DNA of 64,000 bases, taken from positions 1,984,001 through 2,048,000 of the forward strand of contig OZ242029.1 in NCBI GenBank assembly GCA_965205015.1, read 5' to 3'. Origin of the DNA: Candidatus Poribacteria bacterium. Its GTDB lineage: Bacteria; Poribacteria; WGA-4E; WGA-3G. A program made the position numbers and the translations under genes. This document shows, piece after piece, positions 47,544 through 57,045 of this stretch (position 1 is the first letter of the stretch; each line of letters begins with the position of its first letter). The notes under the pieces were generated by a model, which was not told the DNA's origin, did not search any database, and worked only from the letters and a program-made list of their open reading frames with translations.

Positions 47544-48668
47544 CTACAACTGTGGTTCAATCACAACCTTATAAACCCCTTCTTGCCCAAGCATCTCAAT
47601 GCCTTTTTCCAGTTGATGCAACGGTAGGTGGTGCGTTATCAATTCATGCAGGGGGGCACGCGTTATCTGAAGGAAATCCAACGCCGTTTGAAACTGAATC
47701 TGTGGATATGCCCATACACCGCAAACATCTAAATCTTTGTTGCAAATCTGGTGGGGGCGGACACGGATATCTCCAGAATCGGTGTAATGTCCAACTTCAA
47801 TAACTTTTCCGCCGCGTCTCACGACATCCAAGGCTTCGGAGAAAACAGCAGGGATCCCCGCACACTCAATCGCGATGTCCGCGCCGACACCGTTTGTGAG
47901 TTCCTGAATCTGCTCCACCCGTTCTTCAGGTGTTGTGTCTCCGACGTTAATGACCACATCCGCTCCCATCTGCTTCGCCATCTCTAACCGGCTATCAACA
48001 AGGTCAGTGGCGATGATAGTACCTGCACCGCTATCCCGTAGCACAGCAATGACAAGGAGACCAATCGGTCCACATCCAAGAACTGCAACCCGATTCCCGA
48101 TGCTGTATCCATCTCCGACTTGTGGTAAACCCGGGGCACACGCCCGTTCAACGGCACGCGTCGCAACCGCTACCGGCTCCGTCAGCACGCGGATTTCTTC
48201 AGGAACGCTTTCTGGCATTTTATAGACCCAAGAGTTCCCGTGAATATAGGTATACTCGGCGAATTCGCCGTTCAGATACGGGGGCGTTTCACTGTTGCTA
48301 AACCCATAAATAGTGCGTCCAGAACATAGCGTTGGACGGCCTGGGACGTGCAAGCAATAGTAGCATCTCCCACAGTTCTTTGAACCGGGCACCACAGTCA
48401 CGCGATCGCCTGCTTTGATGGGACCCCCCATCACATTCATGGCCTGATTCGCATCTTTACCGATCTCAGCAACCGTGCCGACGACTTCATGTCCGGGGAT
48501 GACCGGAAATTTTAGGGCGGTATGCCCAAGATACATATGTTTATCACTTCCACAAATGCCTACTCTGTCCACTTGTAAAAGGAGTGCGTCATCTGCAGGG
48601 GACGGTTTCTCAAATTCGCGGATCTCTATCTGTCCCGGTTGGAGCATCATTGCCGCCTGAACTTGCAT
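47544..48668 (-). CDS. Zinc-binding medium-chain alcohol dehydrogenase
   Basis: GICGSD, GHE, CGRCYYC…C, GCGPIG. Confidence 0.92.
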   Translation of the reverse strand: MQVQAAMMLQPGQIEIREFEKPSPADDALLLQVDRVGICGSDKHMYLGHTALKFPVIPGHEVVGTVAEIGKDANQAMNVMGGPIKAGDRVTVVPGSKNCGRCYYCLHVPGRPTLCSGRTIYGFSNSETPPYLNGEFAEYTYIHGNSWVYKMPESVPEEIRVLTEPVAVATRAVERACAPGLPQVGDGYSIGNRVAVLGCGPIGLLVIAVLRDSGAGTIIATDLVDSRLEMAKQMGADVVINVGDTTPEERVEQIQELTNGVGADIAIECAGIPAVFSEALDVVRRGGKVIEVGHYTDSGDIRVRPHQICNKDLDVCGVWAYPQIQFQTALDFLQITRAPLHELITHHLPLHQLEKGIEMLGQEGVYKVVIEPQL

Positions 48669-48712
48669 AGTTAAGGTTCCTTATTGTATTTTTTCTAATT
48701 TATAGGCGCTAT

Positions 48713-49870
48713 TTATCGTGCCCAGAGCGGAATCAATATCCTGGTCAACTGCGCTAAACTCTCCAAATTGTGTGCTGGGAGAAAATAATCCACGTATGGC
48801 AAAGCCGTACGAATGCCTCGGCAAATCGGCTGATAGCCGTCACTGCCGAGCAGCGGATTGAGCCAAATTAACCGATAAGCATGCCGATGGATCATCTCCA
48901 TAGAACGGCGCAACACATCTACATCGCCGCGATCCCAGCCATCACTGATGAGGATAACGACTGAACGATATGCCGAGAAAGACGGCGCAAATTGCCGATA
49001 GAATTCCAGCAGACTTTCGCCAATCTTCGTCCCACCTGACCAGTCCGGCACGACGTTCGCGACCTCATTCAAACCCTCCGCCAACCCTTTTCGCCGCAGG
49101 AGTCCCGTGATGTCCGTCAGGTGTGTGCTAAAGACTGCCACATCCACTTCTCTCAGCTCCTGCTGCATGCCGTAGATGAATTGGATGAGAAACTTGGCGT
49201 AACAATCCATCGAGCCGCTCACATCACAGAGAAGTAGAATCTTGGTTTTTTTGATTTTCCGCTGTTTCCGTATTAATTCAAGCGGTTCGCCGCCATGTAC
49301 AAGACTTTGCCGCCAACTCCGTCGAAAATCAATTGTTTTCCCCTTTTTACCGACAACCTTTCGCCGACTGAGTTTTGTCGCCAACATCGCCGCCAGTTTC
49401 GCGACGATCTCTCGGGCTTGCTCCATATCTTCTTTTGTGAACTCGCTGAAATCTTTCCGACTCAGGAGATCTTCAGCACTATAAGCGATCGGATCGTCTT
49501 CCTCTCCTTCCTCATGCTCCTCTGCCTCGGTATCCAACCACTGTTCCACGATGTCCTGTTCATCGCCTGCATCCGAGAGATCTTGGAGTGCAGAGGGTTC
49601 ATGGGTCTGCTCCTCCGTATCCACAGTTTGGAATTCAGGACGCGGGTATCGCCAAAACAGATCGAAGGCGGCGTCAAACGTCTCCCGTTCAGCTTCTCCA
49701 GCGATGAGGTTCGTTCGTGCTGTATGATAAAACGCCTCCCGCTCACCGATGTCAATCAGTTGGACGCTCTCGCACCAACTCAGCTGATTGGTCGTCGTCA
49801 CATTGACACCCATCTGTCGGAGCAAGCGACAGAAATCTGTAATTTGTTGGAGGAGGGTCTGTTCAGTCAT
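48713..49870 (-). CDS. CoxE-like vWA protein
   Basis: CDVSGSM, DWSGGTKIG, ISDGWD, WLNPL. Confidence 0.9.
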   Translation of the reverse strand: MTEQTLLQQITDFCRLLRQMGVNVTTTNQLSWCESVQLIDIGEREAFYHTARTNLIAGEAERETFDAAFDLFWRYPRPEFQTVDTEEQTHEPSALQDLSDAGDEQDIVEQWLDTEAEEHEEGEEDDPIAYSAEDLLSRKDFSEFTKEDMEQAREIVAKLAAMLATKLSRRKVVGKKGKTIDFRRSWRQSLVHGGEPLELIRKQRKIKKTKILLLCDVSGSMDCYAKFLIQFIYGMQQELREVDVAVFSTHLTDITGLLRRKGLAEGLNEVANVVPDWSGGTKIGESLLEFYRQFAPSFSAYRSVVILISDGWDRGDVDVLRRSMEMIHRHAYRLIWLNPLLGSDGYQPICRGIRTALPYVDYFLPAHNLESLAQLTRILIPLWAR

Positions 49871-49929
49871 TGTTTATATGAGAATGTCAAGTTAATAAGT
49901 ACCGGAATCGGTATAGCACCGTGGTTTTC

Positions 49930-50298
49930 TTACGGCAGGCCCTCAATTGTTACCTCGCCATCAGTTATGACATCTGCTGTCAGACGATTTCCATAGAGAA
50001 GAGACATACCGATTAACGGTTTACCACTTGTTCGTAGCACCTGTACGATACGGTTTTCTCCCTGCCACAATACCATTCCAAGATATAGACCTATATCTAT
50101 CTCATTTCCATCACCCAGAGTTATGGGGAGTTCACCAATTCGTGGAAGCCCAAGGCGGTCAATTAAATCACCCGGTAGCGTTAGTTCCCCGGTGAAACCT
50201 GTATCAATGATTGCTTCAACTTTCTCCGTATCATTTGCGTCAACAATTTCCAGTTCAATGATTGCTTCTTGATTATTGACGATTTTTCCTGTTATCAT
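49930..50298 (-). CDS. Clan AA aspartic protease (AF_0612-like)
   Basis: IDTGFTG…PLIGMSLL. Confidence 0.85.
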   Translation of the reverse strand: MITGKIVNNQEAIIELEIVDANDTEKVEAIIDTGFTGELTLPGDLIDRLGLPRIGELPITLGDGNEIDIGLYLGMVLWQGENRIVQVLRTSGKPLIGMSLLYGNRLTADVITDGEVTIEGLP

Positions 50299-50600
50299 TG
50301 TGATTGTTTAGTGTTGGTCTTGACTGTGTTTGTTAGAATGCCATAAGTGCCTCTAAAACCCAGTTGATACGCGGCCCGGTGTCCGATTTTCAGTAGGTAA
50401 ATCACAGCATCAGGATGCTTCGCGAGGAGGCGAGTAATAGCTACCGTCCCATTGGCGTCAATTTCATAATCTTCCGTTTCAATGTCAATCGCCAAGAATT
50501 TTCCATTGTGGTGTGGTTCGACCTTGTCTCGGAGTTGCTGATATATCGTTTTCCCGCGAGTCGCGGTGGTTTCAGTTGTGTTGTTTGAATATCGCATCAT
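50295..50600 (-). CDS. Small hypothetical protein (DUF5678-like), overlaps the protease start
   Basis: GKFLAIDIETEDYEI…HPDA…LLKIG; ATGA overlap. Confidence 0.7.
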   Translation of the reverse strand: MMRYSNNTTETTATRGKTIYQQLRDKVEPHHNGKFLAIDIETEDYEIDANGTVAITRLLAKHPDAVIYLLKIGHRAAYQLGFRGTYGILTNTVKTNTKQSQ

Positions 50601-50643
50601 AATTCTCTCAAAGTTTCAGAGTTTGTTTTAAAGCCGGATCTGG

Positions 50644-51540
50644 TCAATCATCTTCCAATTTCTCTAAGTAGGAGATGAAGGCATCGAGTTCTCTGAAGAT
50701 GCTGTCAAATACTGAGTTAACCTGCTTTGCCTTCTGTTCTATTTTTTGATAATCCAGTTCATCCGTAGAGAAACGAATGAAAAGGTAGCGAAACTCTAAA
50801 AACTCCTGAAGATGTCCCAAAGTTGTTTTGGAAATCACGGGTGACCGTTCACCATACGGCTCTGCCATCTGTGCCAGTAGTTCCTTATGCTCTCTATTTC
50901 CATCGGGCAAGCATAGATCAACCTCAAGGGCAATTTTCCTAAAGATGTTCTCCATGCCCATATAGCAATCCGAGAGATATTTGGCAATTGTAACTTCTAT
51001 GGCTGTTCTGTATTTTATCGGAGCGGTCTTGATTTTCCGTAACGCTTTTTGAATTCCTTTAATGGACCTTTCTATTTTCGGGCGTTCATCGGAGATGTCT
51101 TGTATCAACTGGTTCCGGTCCACCGGATAGGTTTCACCTTTTGCGATTCTAACTGCTTGACTTTCAATTCTTTCACGATATAACGCTGGACAACTCTTGA
51201 AATCGACCAGAGCCACCTTGAATAGTCGGCTGATGTCTTCGGCTTCCCAAACTGCACGGAAATACTGATCATTTGGGATATCCCAGACAGCAATGTCGAG
51301 ATCTGACCATTTTGAAAAAGCGTCTGGTTCAGCAAGCGATCCGAAAACAACAACCTGTGTTGCACCAAAATCTTCATAGAGCATAGCCGCTATCCGATGG
51401 GCAGTCTGCCAGGCGCGCTGCAGTAACGCCTCGTCCACCTTTCGGTTTTGAAACTGCTGATTGAGCCGTCGGCTGTATTCCGCTAATTCTTCAGGCGATA
51501 AATCTTTCGCTGTGCGATGAGTATCTGTGGGGTGATGCAT
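50644..51540 (-). CDS. Fused minimal nucleotidyltransferase and HEPN-like protein
   Basis: FGSLAEPDAFSKWSDLD; YMGMENIFRKIA…HKELLAQM…VIS…LEFRY. Confidence 0.8.
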   Translation of the reverse strand: MHHPTDTHRTAKDLSPEELAEYSRRLNQQFQNRKVDEALLQRAWQTAHRIAAMLYEDFGATQVVVFGSLAEPDAFSKWSDLDIAVWDIPNDQYFRAVWEAEDISRLFKVALVDFKSCPALYRERIESQAVRIAKGETYPVDRNQLIQDISDERPKIERSIKGIQKALRKIKTAPIKYRTAIEVTIAKYLSDCYMGMENIFRKIALEVDLCLPDGNREHKELLAQMAEPYGERSPVISKTTLGHLQEFLEFRYLFIRFSTDELDYQKIEQKAKQVNSVFDSIFRELDAFISYLEKLEDD

Positions 51541-51590
51541 ACCACTATCTCCTTAGAGAATAGGATAGCACAAAGTGGCTTGGCATGCAA

Positions 51591-51629
51591 GAAAAAAGAG
51601 ACGGATAACCTTTTCGGCTTTCCCGTCTC
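51591..51629 (-). terminator. Intrinsic terminator after the Uma2 gene
   Basis: GAGACGG…CCGTCTC stem followed by a T tract on the minus strand. Confidence 0.6.
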
Positions 51630-51677
51630 AATTGTCCGGAAATCTGTTGTGTTTTGACGTATGCTACTTCCTTTAGT

Positions 51678-52424
51678 TTACAAGCCTGATTTCAGGCGTT
51701 CCAGTTCTTCTCGGAGTTGTGCGACTTCCGCTTCCGCCTTCTGTCGGGCAGTGGCTTCCTGATTGGCGCGTTCTTCTGCGTCCTCGGCACGATCTTCTGC
51801 GTCTTCAGCACGCATCTGGGCAGCTTCAGCAGCAGTATTGAGCCATTCTTCTGCCTCCGGATCGTAGATATCAAAACTGTCATCAAGCAGGTGGAATTCT
51901 AAACCGAGTCTCTCAGAAGGAATTCCACCATTGGTGAGTGCCGGTATTTCGACATACGCGTGTCCGATGAGCCGAAACCCCATCAAAGGGGTTGGTAAAT
52001 AACGCCTATCAACATCGTAGAGGAAGTATTCAGGAATACCGATCTCTGCGTAGAGCTGCACCTTTCCAGTCAGATCATTACGGTAAGTGCCTTTGCTTGA
52101 GAACTCTAAGACGAAGTCAGGCGGTTTTCCCTCTTCCCATATCTTATAAATACGGCGTTCCTTCTTGCCGATACCGAAGGCAACGAAAATGTCAGGCGAG
52201 ATAGATTTACGCGGATCGCCTTCTTCGTAATACATCATCATATCCCCAAGGACATAGACATCAGGTATATGCGCGAAATGGGATTCAAGAGACTGCAAAA
52301 GCCAGAGGAGAATTTCTCTATGTAGAGCGCTAGCTGCCATAGGTTGACCGTCTGTTTCAGGATAAAGGTCGCTTGTGTCTGGTGGGGCGTAAGGAATTTT
52401 AAGACCGTTTCGGTGGGTTTCCAT
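51678..52424 (-). CDS. Uma2 family endonuclease-like protein
   Basis: YPETDGQPM, SPDIFV, PDFVLEFSS, GIPEYFLYD, coiled-coil tail. Confidence 0.92.
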   Translation of the reverse strand: METHRNGLKIPYAPPDTSDLYPETDGQPMAASALHREILLWLLQSLESHFAHIPDVYVLGDMMMYYEEGDPRKSISPDIFVAFGIGKKERRIYKIWEEGKPPDFVLEFSSKGTYRNDLTGKVQLYAEIGIPEYFLYDVDRRYLPTPLMGFRLIGHAYVEIPALTNGGIPSERLGLEFHLLDDSFDIYDPEAEEWLNTAAEAAQMRAEDAEDRAEDAEERANQEATARQKAEAEVAQLREELERLKSGL

Positions 52425-52476
52425 CGGTATTTCTCCTTTGCCTTGAGATGTGTGAAAGTAAATTTAAAGTTTTGGG

Positions 52477-52710
52477 CTATGATCTGGATAGTGCCTTTTC
52501 GACAGCACTGGGTAGTTGGATGAGGTGAAAACGGTTAATTGCGTAGGCATAGTCTTCGCCGCTTTCGTCTATGACACGGATATAACCGTGAGATGCTGCT
52601 TCGTTATCCTGAATCACACGATAAACTTTCCCGACTTCAAGTGAGGCAGCATATCCTTCGTTATTAAGGCACAGACCAAATTGCGGAAATTGATTTTCTT
52701 TTTTGTTCAT
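52477..52710 (-). CDS. Small hypothetical protein, putative antitoxin-like partner
   Basis: CLNNEGYAASLEVGKVY…RVIDESGEDY; starts 2 nt after the upstream gene's stop. Confidence 0.75.
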   Translation of the reverse strand: MNKKENQFPQFGLCLNNEGYAASLEVGKVYRVIQDNEAASHGYIRVIDESGEDYAYAINRFHLIQLPSAVEKALSRS

Positions 52711-52712
52711 TT

Positions 52713-52949
52713 TTAGTTAAGAAATGGGAGTTTAATCTTAAGTTCTCTCTTGCCGATGTTGTCAGCTTGATACCAATGAACTTCAGCAAGACGGACTGAA
52801 CCGTCAATCAGTTGGACGTATGCTACTCCCTTTAGCTTACGCTATCTACCTTGACCATACTGACGTTGTAACCGAGCGCGGTTTCGGATACCACCGCCGC
52901 GACTAATTGTTTCAATTTGCGTGATTTCTCCAATAATTTCAAAATCCAT
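52713..52949 (-). pseudogene. Small basic protein gene interrupted by TAG at codon 36; missing from the ORF track
   Basis: MDFEIIGEITQIETISRGGGIRNRARLQRQYGQGR*RKLKGVAYVQLIDGSVRLAEVHWYQADNIGKRELKIKLPFLN. Confidence 0.75.
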
Positions 52950-53053
52950 TCCAGTATATCTTCCCAATTGATACTGAATTGTAGCACATCTCTAACGATC
53001 TCTCAAATTAAAATCCCTAAATCAGAAGTGTATACAAAGGCGTTGTTTTGATC

Positions 53054-54985
53054 TTAAGGCCAGAAATTATACATCGGCTGTTGCGTCACAACACTCACAA
53101 GACTCCAGATACCACCGACAGTGAAATCACCCAACATCAACCCAATCGCGAACATCACCAGCTGCTGCGATGCCCGCGGACCGCCAATCTTCAAGACACT
53201 CCACTTGATAATCGAACTCACCAGCATACAACTCCACAGATACCGCATGCCCCAATCGCTGGAGACAACAAACCCGATCGGATGGAAGGGCCACCAGAAG
53301 AAACGCGCCCGCATGAACATCAAGAGCGTCGAAAAGAGTAAACCAAACACAATGCCGCCAGTCGCGTAGAGATTCGGTTCAGTCGGATAATAGATCCAAC
53401 GCTGGAGTCCGTTAAAGACGCGTCCACCGAAACCGGTTGCCCAACCGCTCCCACCCCCCATATTCAAAGCCCCATGGGTATAGAAGATATAGAGGATAAC
53501 GCCGAACACCATTACGGCAGCGAATCCCGAAACCCCTAACAGCGCGAAGAACAACCGCCTGGGTGCAATTCCAGAGCGTTCCGAGAGTTTGAAACCCTCT
53601 AACTGGTGGGGCATCGGGTGGCTCGTGTAACTCCGATTAAACCAACGGTAGAGCGTTAGCGCAACGAGGTTGTTTGTGCCAAGTAGCCGTGTGCCAAATC
53701 CGTCAACGAGGATATGATGGTTCGGCATGTTCTCCATCGCATGCACGGGAAACCCCTGTTCCGCGCGCATCCGTGTGAGCACCAAAGCGATGATAAAATA
53801 GATCGCGAAAAACAACGGAATCAGCCAGAGGGACATACCGATACGTTTGGAAAAAATAAAAAGTGTTACGAGTCCGACAACGATACCCCAGAGCGCAAGC
53901 CTGTAGGAAATCGGTTCGTCAGCATCCTCATCCGTGCGGTGACGTGCGATACGAAGGACGCCGCGAAAGTGGCGTAGGTTCAGTACTACAACAGAAATAA
54001 AAATGCCGATGGCAGCACCGAAGCATTGCCTATCAATATAGGGAAACCCCGGTAGACTGGACAAGCCAGCGGCACTCGCTAAAACCAATTGTGCTTTGTA
54101 GAAAATGAAGAAGAACCAACTGGAGAAGGATAAGTCGAGCGGCATCAATAATCCAAGTCCGATAACGAACGGATAATAAGACATACTGATCCCACCGATG
54201 GCGTTCCACGGCTTTTCTGTGAACAGGTGTCCAAATCCCCGCCAACCACCGATCCGCTTGATCGGTAAGGTAGGAAGCGTCGGATACAGGAAACTCAAGC
54301 CGTTGAGAATCGCGATAGATGCCGCAATCCCGAATCCGAGCCACGTGATACGGTGCGAAAACAGTGATTTCGTGTTGTGGGTAACGTGAAACGCAATCTG
54401 TGTGATCGGATAGGCGAGACGTTCGCGTTCCACCCACTGTTTTCGTAAAATGACGTTGATGCACAACATCACGAGGATTAGGACCGTCATGAACGCTGCC
54501 CAAGATAAGATTGGCACGATCCATACACCGATTATGTCTACGATAGAGAGACTCGATTCTCCTGTATAGTACCCCGCCAGTGCCTTTGGATTGTCGACAA
54601 GAAGCCATCTCGGAAGGTAATCATAGAAGAGCTGTTTCCATTCATTTTCGGGGGTTGCGAAATAAAAGGCGTGTCCGACGGTCGTGACAAGAATCGTCAT
54701 CAGCGTAATGGAGGGAAAAGCGCATGCCGTGCTGAGCAGGATGTATATCGTGAGGAGTTCTGCATCGGTGAAGAGGCGGCGGCGAACCGAGAGATTGAGA
54801 AGCGTGAACGCAAACACCACGAAGACGACGTTGTAAAACGGCACGGCGTAGGTATTCAGCGCATAACCGACAAGCCCGACTTCACCCGCAATGATCCAGT
54901 AGAAATTAAACGGAATCAGCACGAGCGTAATAGCAATAGACTTCCACGTGACACCGTGCGATCTGCGACGTTGATCTTCCTTCAT
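53054..54985 (-). CDS. Polytopic membrane protein (DUF6785/DUF6784-like, putative transporter)
   Basis: ELLTIY, RKQWVERERLAYP, RMRAEQG, WWPFHPIG; many TM helices. Confidence 0.75.
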   Translation of the reverse strand: MKEDQRRRSHGVTWKSIAITLVLIPFNFYWIIAGEVGLVGYALNTYAVPFYNVVFVVFAFTLLNLSVRRRLFTDAELLTIYILLSTACAFPSITLMTILVTTVGHAFYFATPENEWKQLFYDYLPRWLLVDNPKALAGYYTGESSLSIVDIIGVWIVPILSWAAFMTVLILVMLCINVILRKQWVERERLAYPITQIAFHVTHNTKSLFSHRITWLGFGIAASIAILNGLSFLYPTLPTLPIKRIGGWRGFGHLFTEKPWNAIGGISMSYYPFVIGLGLLMPLDLSFSSWFFFIFYKAQLVLASAAGLSSLPGFPYIDRQCFGAAIGIFISVVVLNLRHFRGVLRIARHRTDEDADEPISYRLALWGIVVGLVTLFIFSKRIGMSLWLIPLFFAIYFIIALVLTRMRAEQGFPVHAMENMPNHHILVDGFGTRLLGTNNLVALTLYRWFNRSYTSHPMPHQLEGFKLSERSGIAPRRLFFALLGVSGFAAVMVFGVILYIFYTHGALNMGGGSGWATGFGGRVFNGLQRWIYYPTEPNLYATGGIVFGLLFSTLLMFMRARFFWWPFHPIGFVVSSDWGMRYLWSCMLVSSIIKWSVLKIGGPRASQQLVMFAIGLMLGDFTVGGIWSLVSVVTQQPMYNFWP

Positions 54986-54992
54986 GGGCGGC

Positions 54993-55916
54993 TTAGGTCC
55001 CGTTCAAAAAAGCATTGAATGCATCTAGCTCTTCGGTGACACTCTCAAACAGTTCACCTACCCGCTTCGCGTGTTTCTCCGCCTTTTTGTAGATCAATTC
55101 ATCGCCATAGATATTGTTAACCTTATGACGAGACCTTAAAAGTTGTCTTAATCGCTGCAGGGTGCCTTCGGAAATGACAGGCGGACGTTCTGGACGACGT
55201 TCTGCCATCTGTGTGAGCAAATCGGTATGCCATCGCTCACCCTTAGGCAAGTGTTTGTCAATTTCATTAGCAATTCGCTCAAAGATTCTCTCTATGCCAC
55301 TGTAAACTTCAGCGAGTTTTTTGGCAGTTAACTCTTCAAAAAATTTTCTGTGATAAGGAGTGGCTACCTCAATTTCTTGCAAGAGTTCCGTGATGCTTCC
55401 AATAGTCTGGTCTATTTTTGTACGTTCATCAGAGATACGTCGAATCAGTTCGTCGCGATTCACTATATAAGTTTCTCCATTTTCTGGGCTTGATGCGTTC
55501 ACCAATGTGAGAATGTCCATCCCCGCTTTATCAATAGGGATAGCTTGGCTTAGAACCCGCTCTCGGAATGAACTGTTAATGGATTTAAAATTGATAATAT
55601 CTATCCTAAACTCAGGACTCAAACCTTTTGTCTCCCAGAGCGCGTCCAGGCATTTGTTATATGATACCCCCCAAACAACGATATCAATGTCCGAGTTTTG
55701 GGTGAACCGTTCCGGTTCAGTGAGGGATCCGAAGGCGGCAACTTTCGTCGCACCAAAGTCTTGATAAAGGACAGCGGCGAGACGACGCGCCGTCTCCCAT
55801 GCGCGTTGAAGCAACGCTTTGTCAACCCGACGGTTTTCCCATTGGTGCTTGAGGTTTTCTCTGCACTCCGCAAGTTCTGATGGAGACATCTCTCTTGCTG
55901 TAGGTGCGCTATGCAT
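54993..55916 (-). CDS. Second fused nucleotidyltransferase and HEPN-like protein
   Basis: FGSLTEPERFTQNSDID; YSGIERIFERIA…WHTDLL…RSRHKVNNIYG. Confidence 0.82.
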   Translation of the reverse strand: MHSAPTAREMSPSELAECRENLKHQWENRRVDKALLQRAWETARRLAAVLYQDFGATKVAAFGSLTEPERFTQNSDIDIVVWGVSYNKCLDALWETKGLSPEFRIDIINFKSINSSFRERVLSQAIPIDKAGMDILTLVNASSPENGETYIVNRDELIRRISDERTKIDQTIGSITELLQEIEVATPYHRKFFEELTAKKLAEVYSGIERIFERIANEIDKHLPKGERWHTDLLTQMAERRPERPPVISEGTLQRLRQLLRSRHKVNNIYGDELIYKKAEKHAKRVGELFESVTEELDAFNAFLNGT

Positions 55917-55995
55917 GTTCAGAATCTCCTACCATCTGTCCGTTTTGAGACTGGGCGAAGTTGCGAATGTAAACCTGATTAGAGTCTCTGTTATA

Positions 55996-56982
55996 TCACG
56001 GTTGAATAGAACCAGCATAAAGATCGTTCAAAGCGTCTTCTGGAAGAGGTTCTGGGCTACTCTTGGCGAATTCAAGTGCCGCTTCAAGTTCGTTTGCGAG
56101 TTCAGTCTCAAGTGCCGAGAGTTCATCTTGCGTCATCCCCTCTTCTTCGATGAGAACCGCGGCGAGTCTCCGAATCGGATCGCGCTGGCGTTCTTGCTCC
56201 TGGACTTCCTCGCGGTCGCGGTAAGATGTCCCCGGATCACCGATGTGATGTCCTCGGAATCTGTAAGTATCGCAGTTGAGGAGCGTCGGTCCACCCCCTT
56301 CACGGGCGCGTGTGACGGCTTCGTCCGCTGCAGCGTAAACCTTAAGAACATCGTTCCCATCAACAGTGATGCCCGGCATATCATAGGCAGGCGCACGGAC
56401 AGCCGCAATATCTTCTACCCGCTGATGCTCGCGTTGTGGCGTTCCCATACCGAATCGGTTGTTTTCACACACAAAGATGACAGGTAATTCCCATACCGCA
56501 GCGAGGTTCAGCGTCTCATGGAACACCCCTTGGTTGGTCGCGCCATCACCAAAGAAGGACACTGCGACTTGCTGTGTCCCGCGAAGTTTAGCAGAGAGCC
56601 CCGCACCCGCCGCAAGCGGGATTCCAGCACCAACAACGCCGTTGGCACCCAGAATACCCGTCTCTTTATCGGCAATATGCATCGAACCGCCCTTGCCTTT
56701 ACAATAACCGGTGGTACGTGCGAACAACTCCGCCATCATCCGGTCGCGTTTACCGCCCTTTGCAATAAGATGTCCGTGGCCGCGGTGGGTACTCGTGATA
56801 TAATCAGCATCTTGCAAGTGCGCACAAACCCCTACGGCTGTGGCTTCTTCGCCGATGTAAAGATGCAAAAAACCCGGAAGTTGACCACTCTGATAAAGCG
56901 TGCCAGCGGCTTCTTCAAATTGACGAATCTCTAACATCTTACGATACATATACAGCATCTGATCTTTACTCGGTTTTGACAT
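55996..56982 (-). CDS. TPP-dependent dehydrogenase E1 alpha subunit (acetoin/pyruvate type)
   Basis: HLYIGEEA, STHRGHGH, GGSMH, FGDGA…ENN, TYRFRGH. Confidence 0.93.
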   Translation of the reverse strand: MSKPSKDQMLYMYRKMLEIRQFEEAAGTLYQSGQLPGFLHLYIGEEATAVGVCAHLQDADYITSTHRGHGHLIAKGGKRDRMMAELFARTTGYCKGKGGSMHIADKETGILGANGVVGAGIPLAAGAGLSAKLRGTQQVAVSFFGDGATNQGVFHETLNLAAVWELPVIFVCENNRFGMGTPQREHQRVEDIAAVRAPAYDMPGITVDGNDVLKVYAAADEAVTRAREGGGPTLLNCDTYRFRGHHIGDPGTSYRDREEVQEQERQRDPIRRLAAVLIEEEGMTQDELSALETELANELEAALEFAKSSPEPLPEDALNDLYAGSIQP

Positions 56983-57045
56983 AATTCCTTCCTATTTTCT
57001 GTCTTGTTACAAGCGTTAAAGACGTTTTGCCAGTTTCATGGGCAT

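Noticed and set aside
52842-52844. Pyrrolysine or TAG recoding
   Set aside because: The context fits a Trp codon mutation, there are no pyl genes in the window, and TAG ends other genes here.
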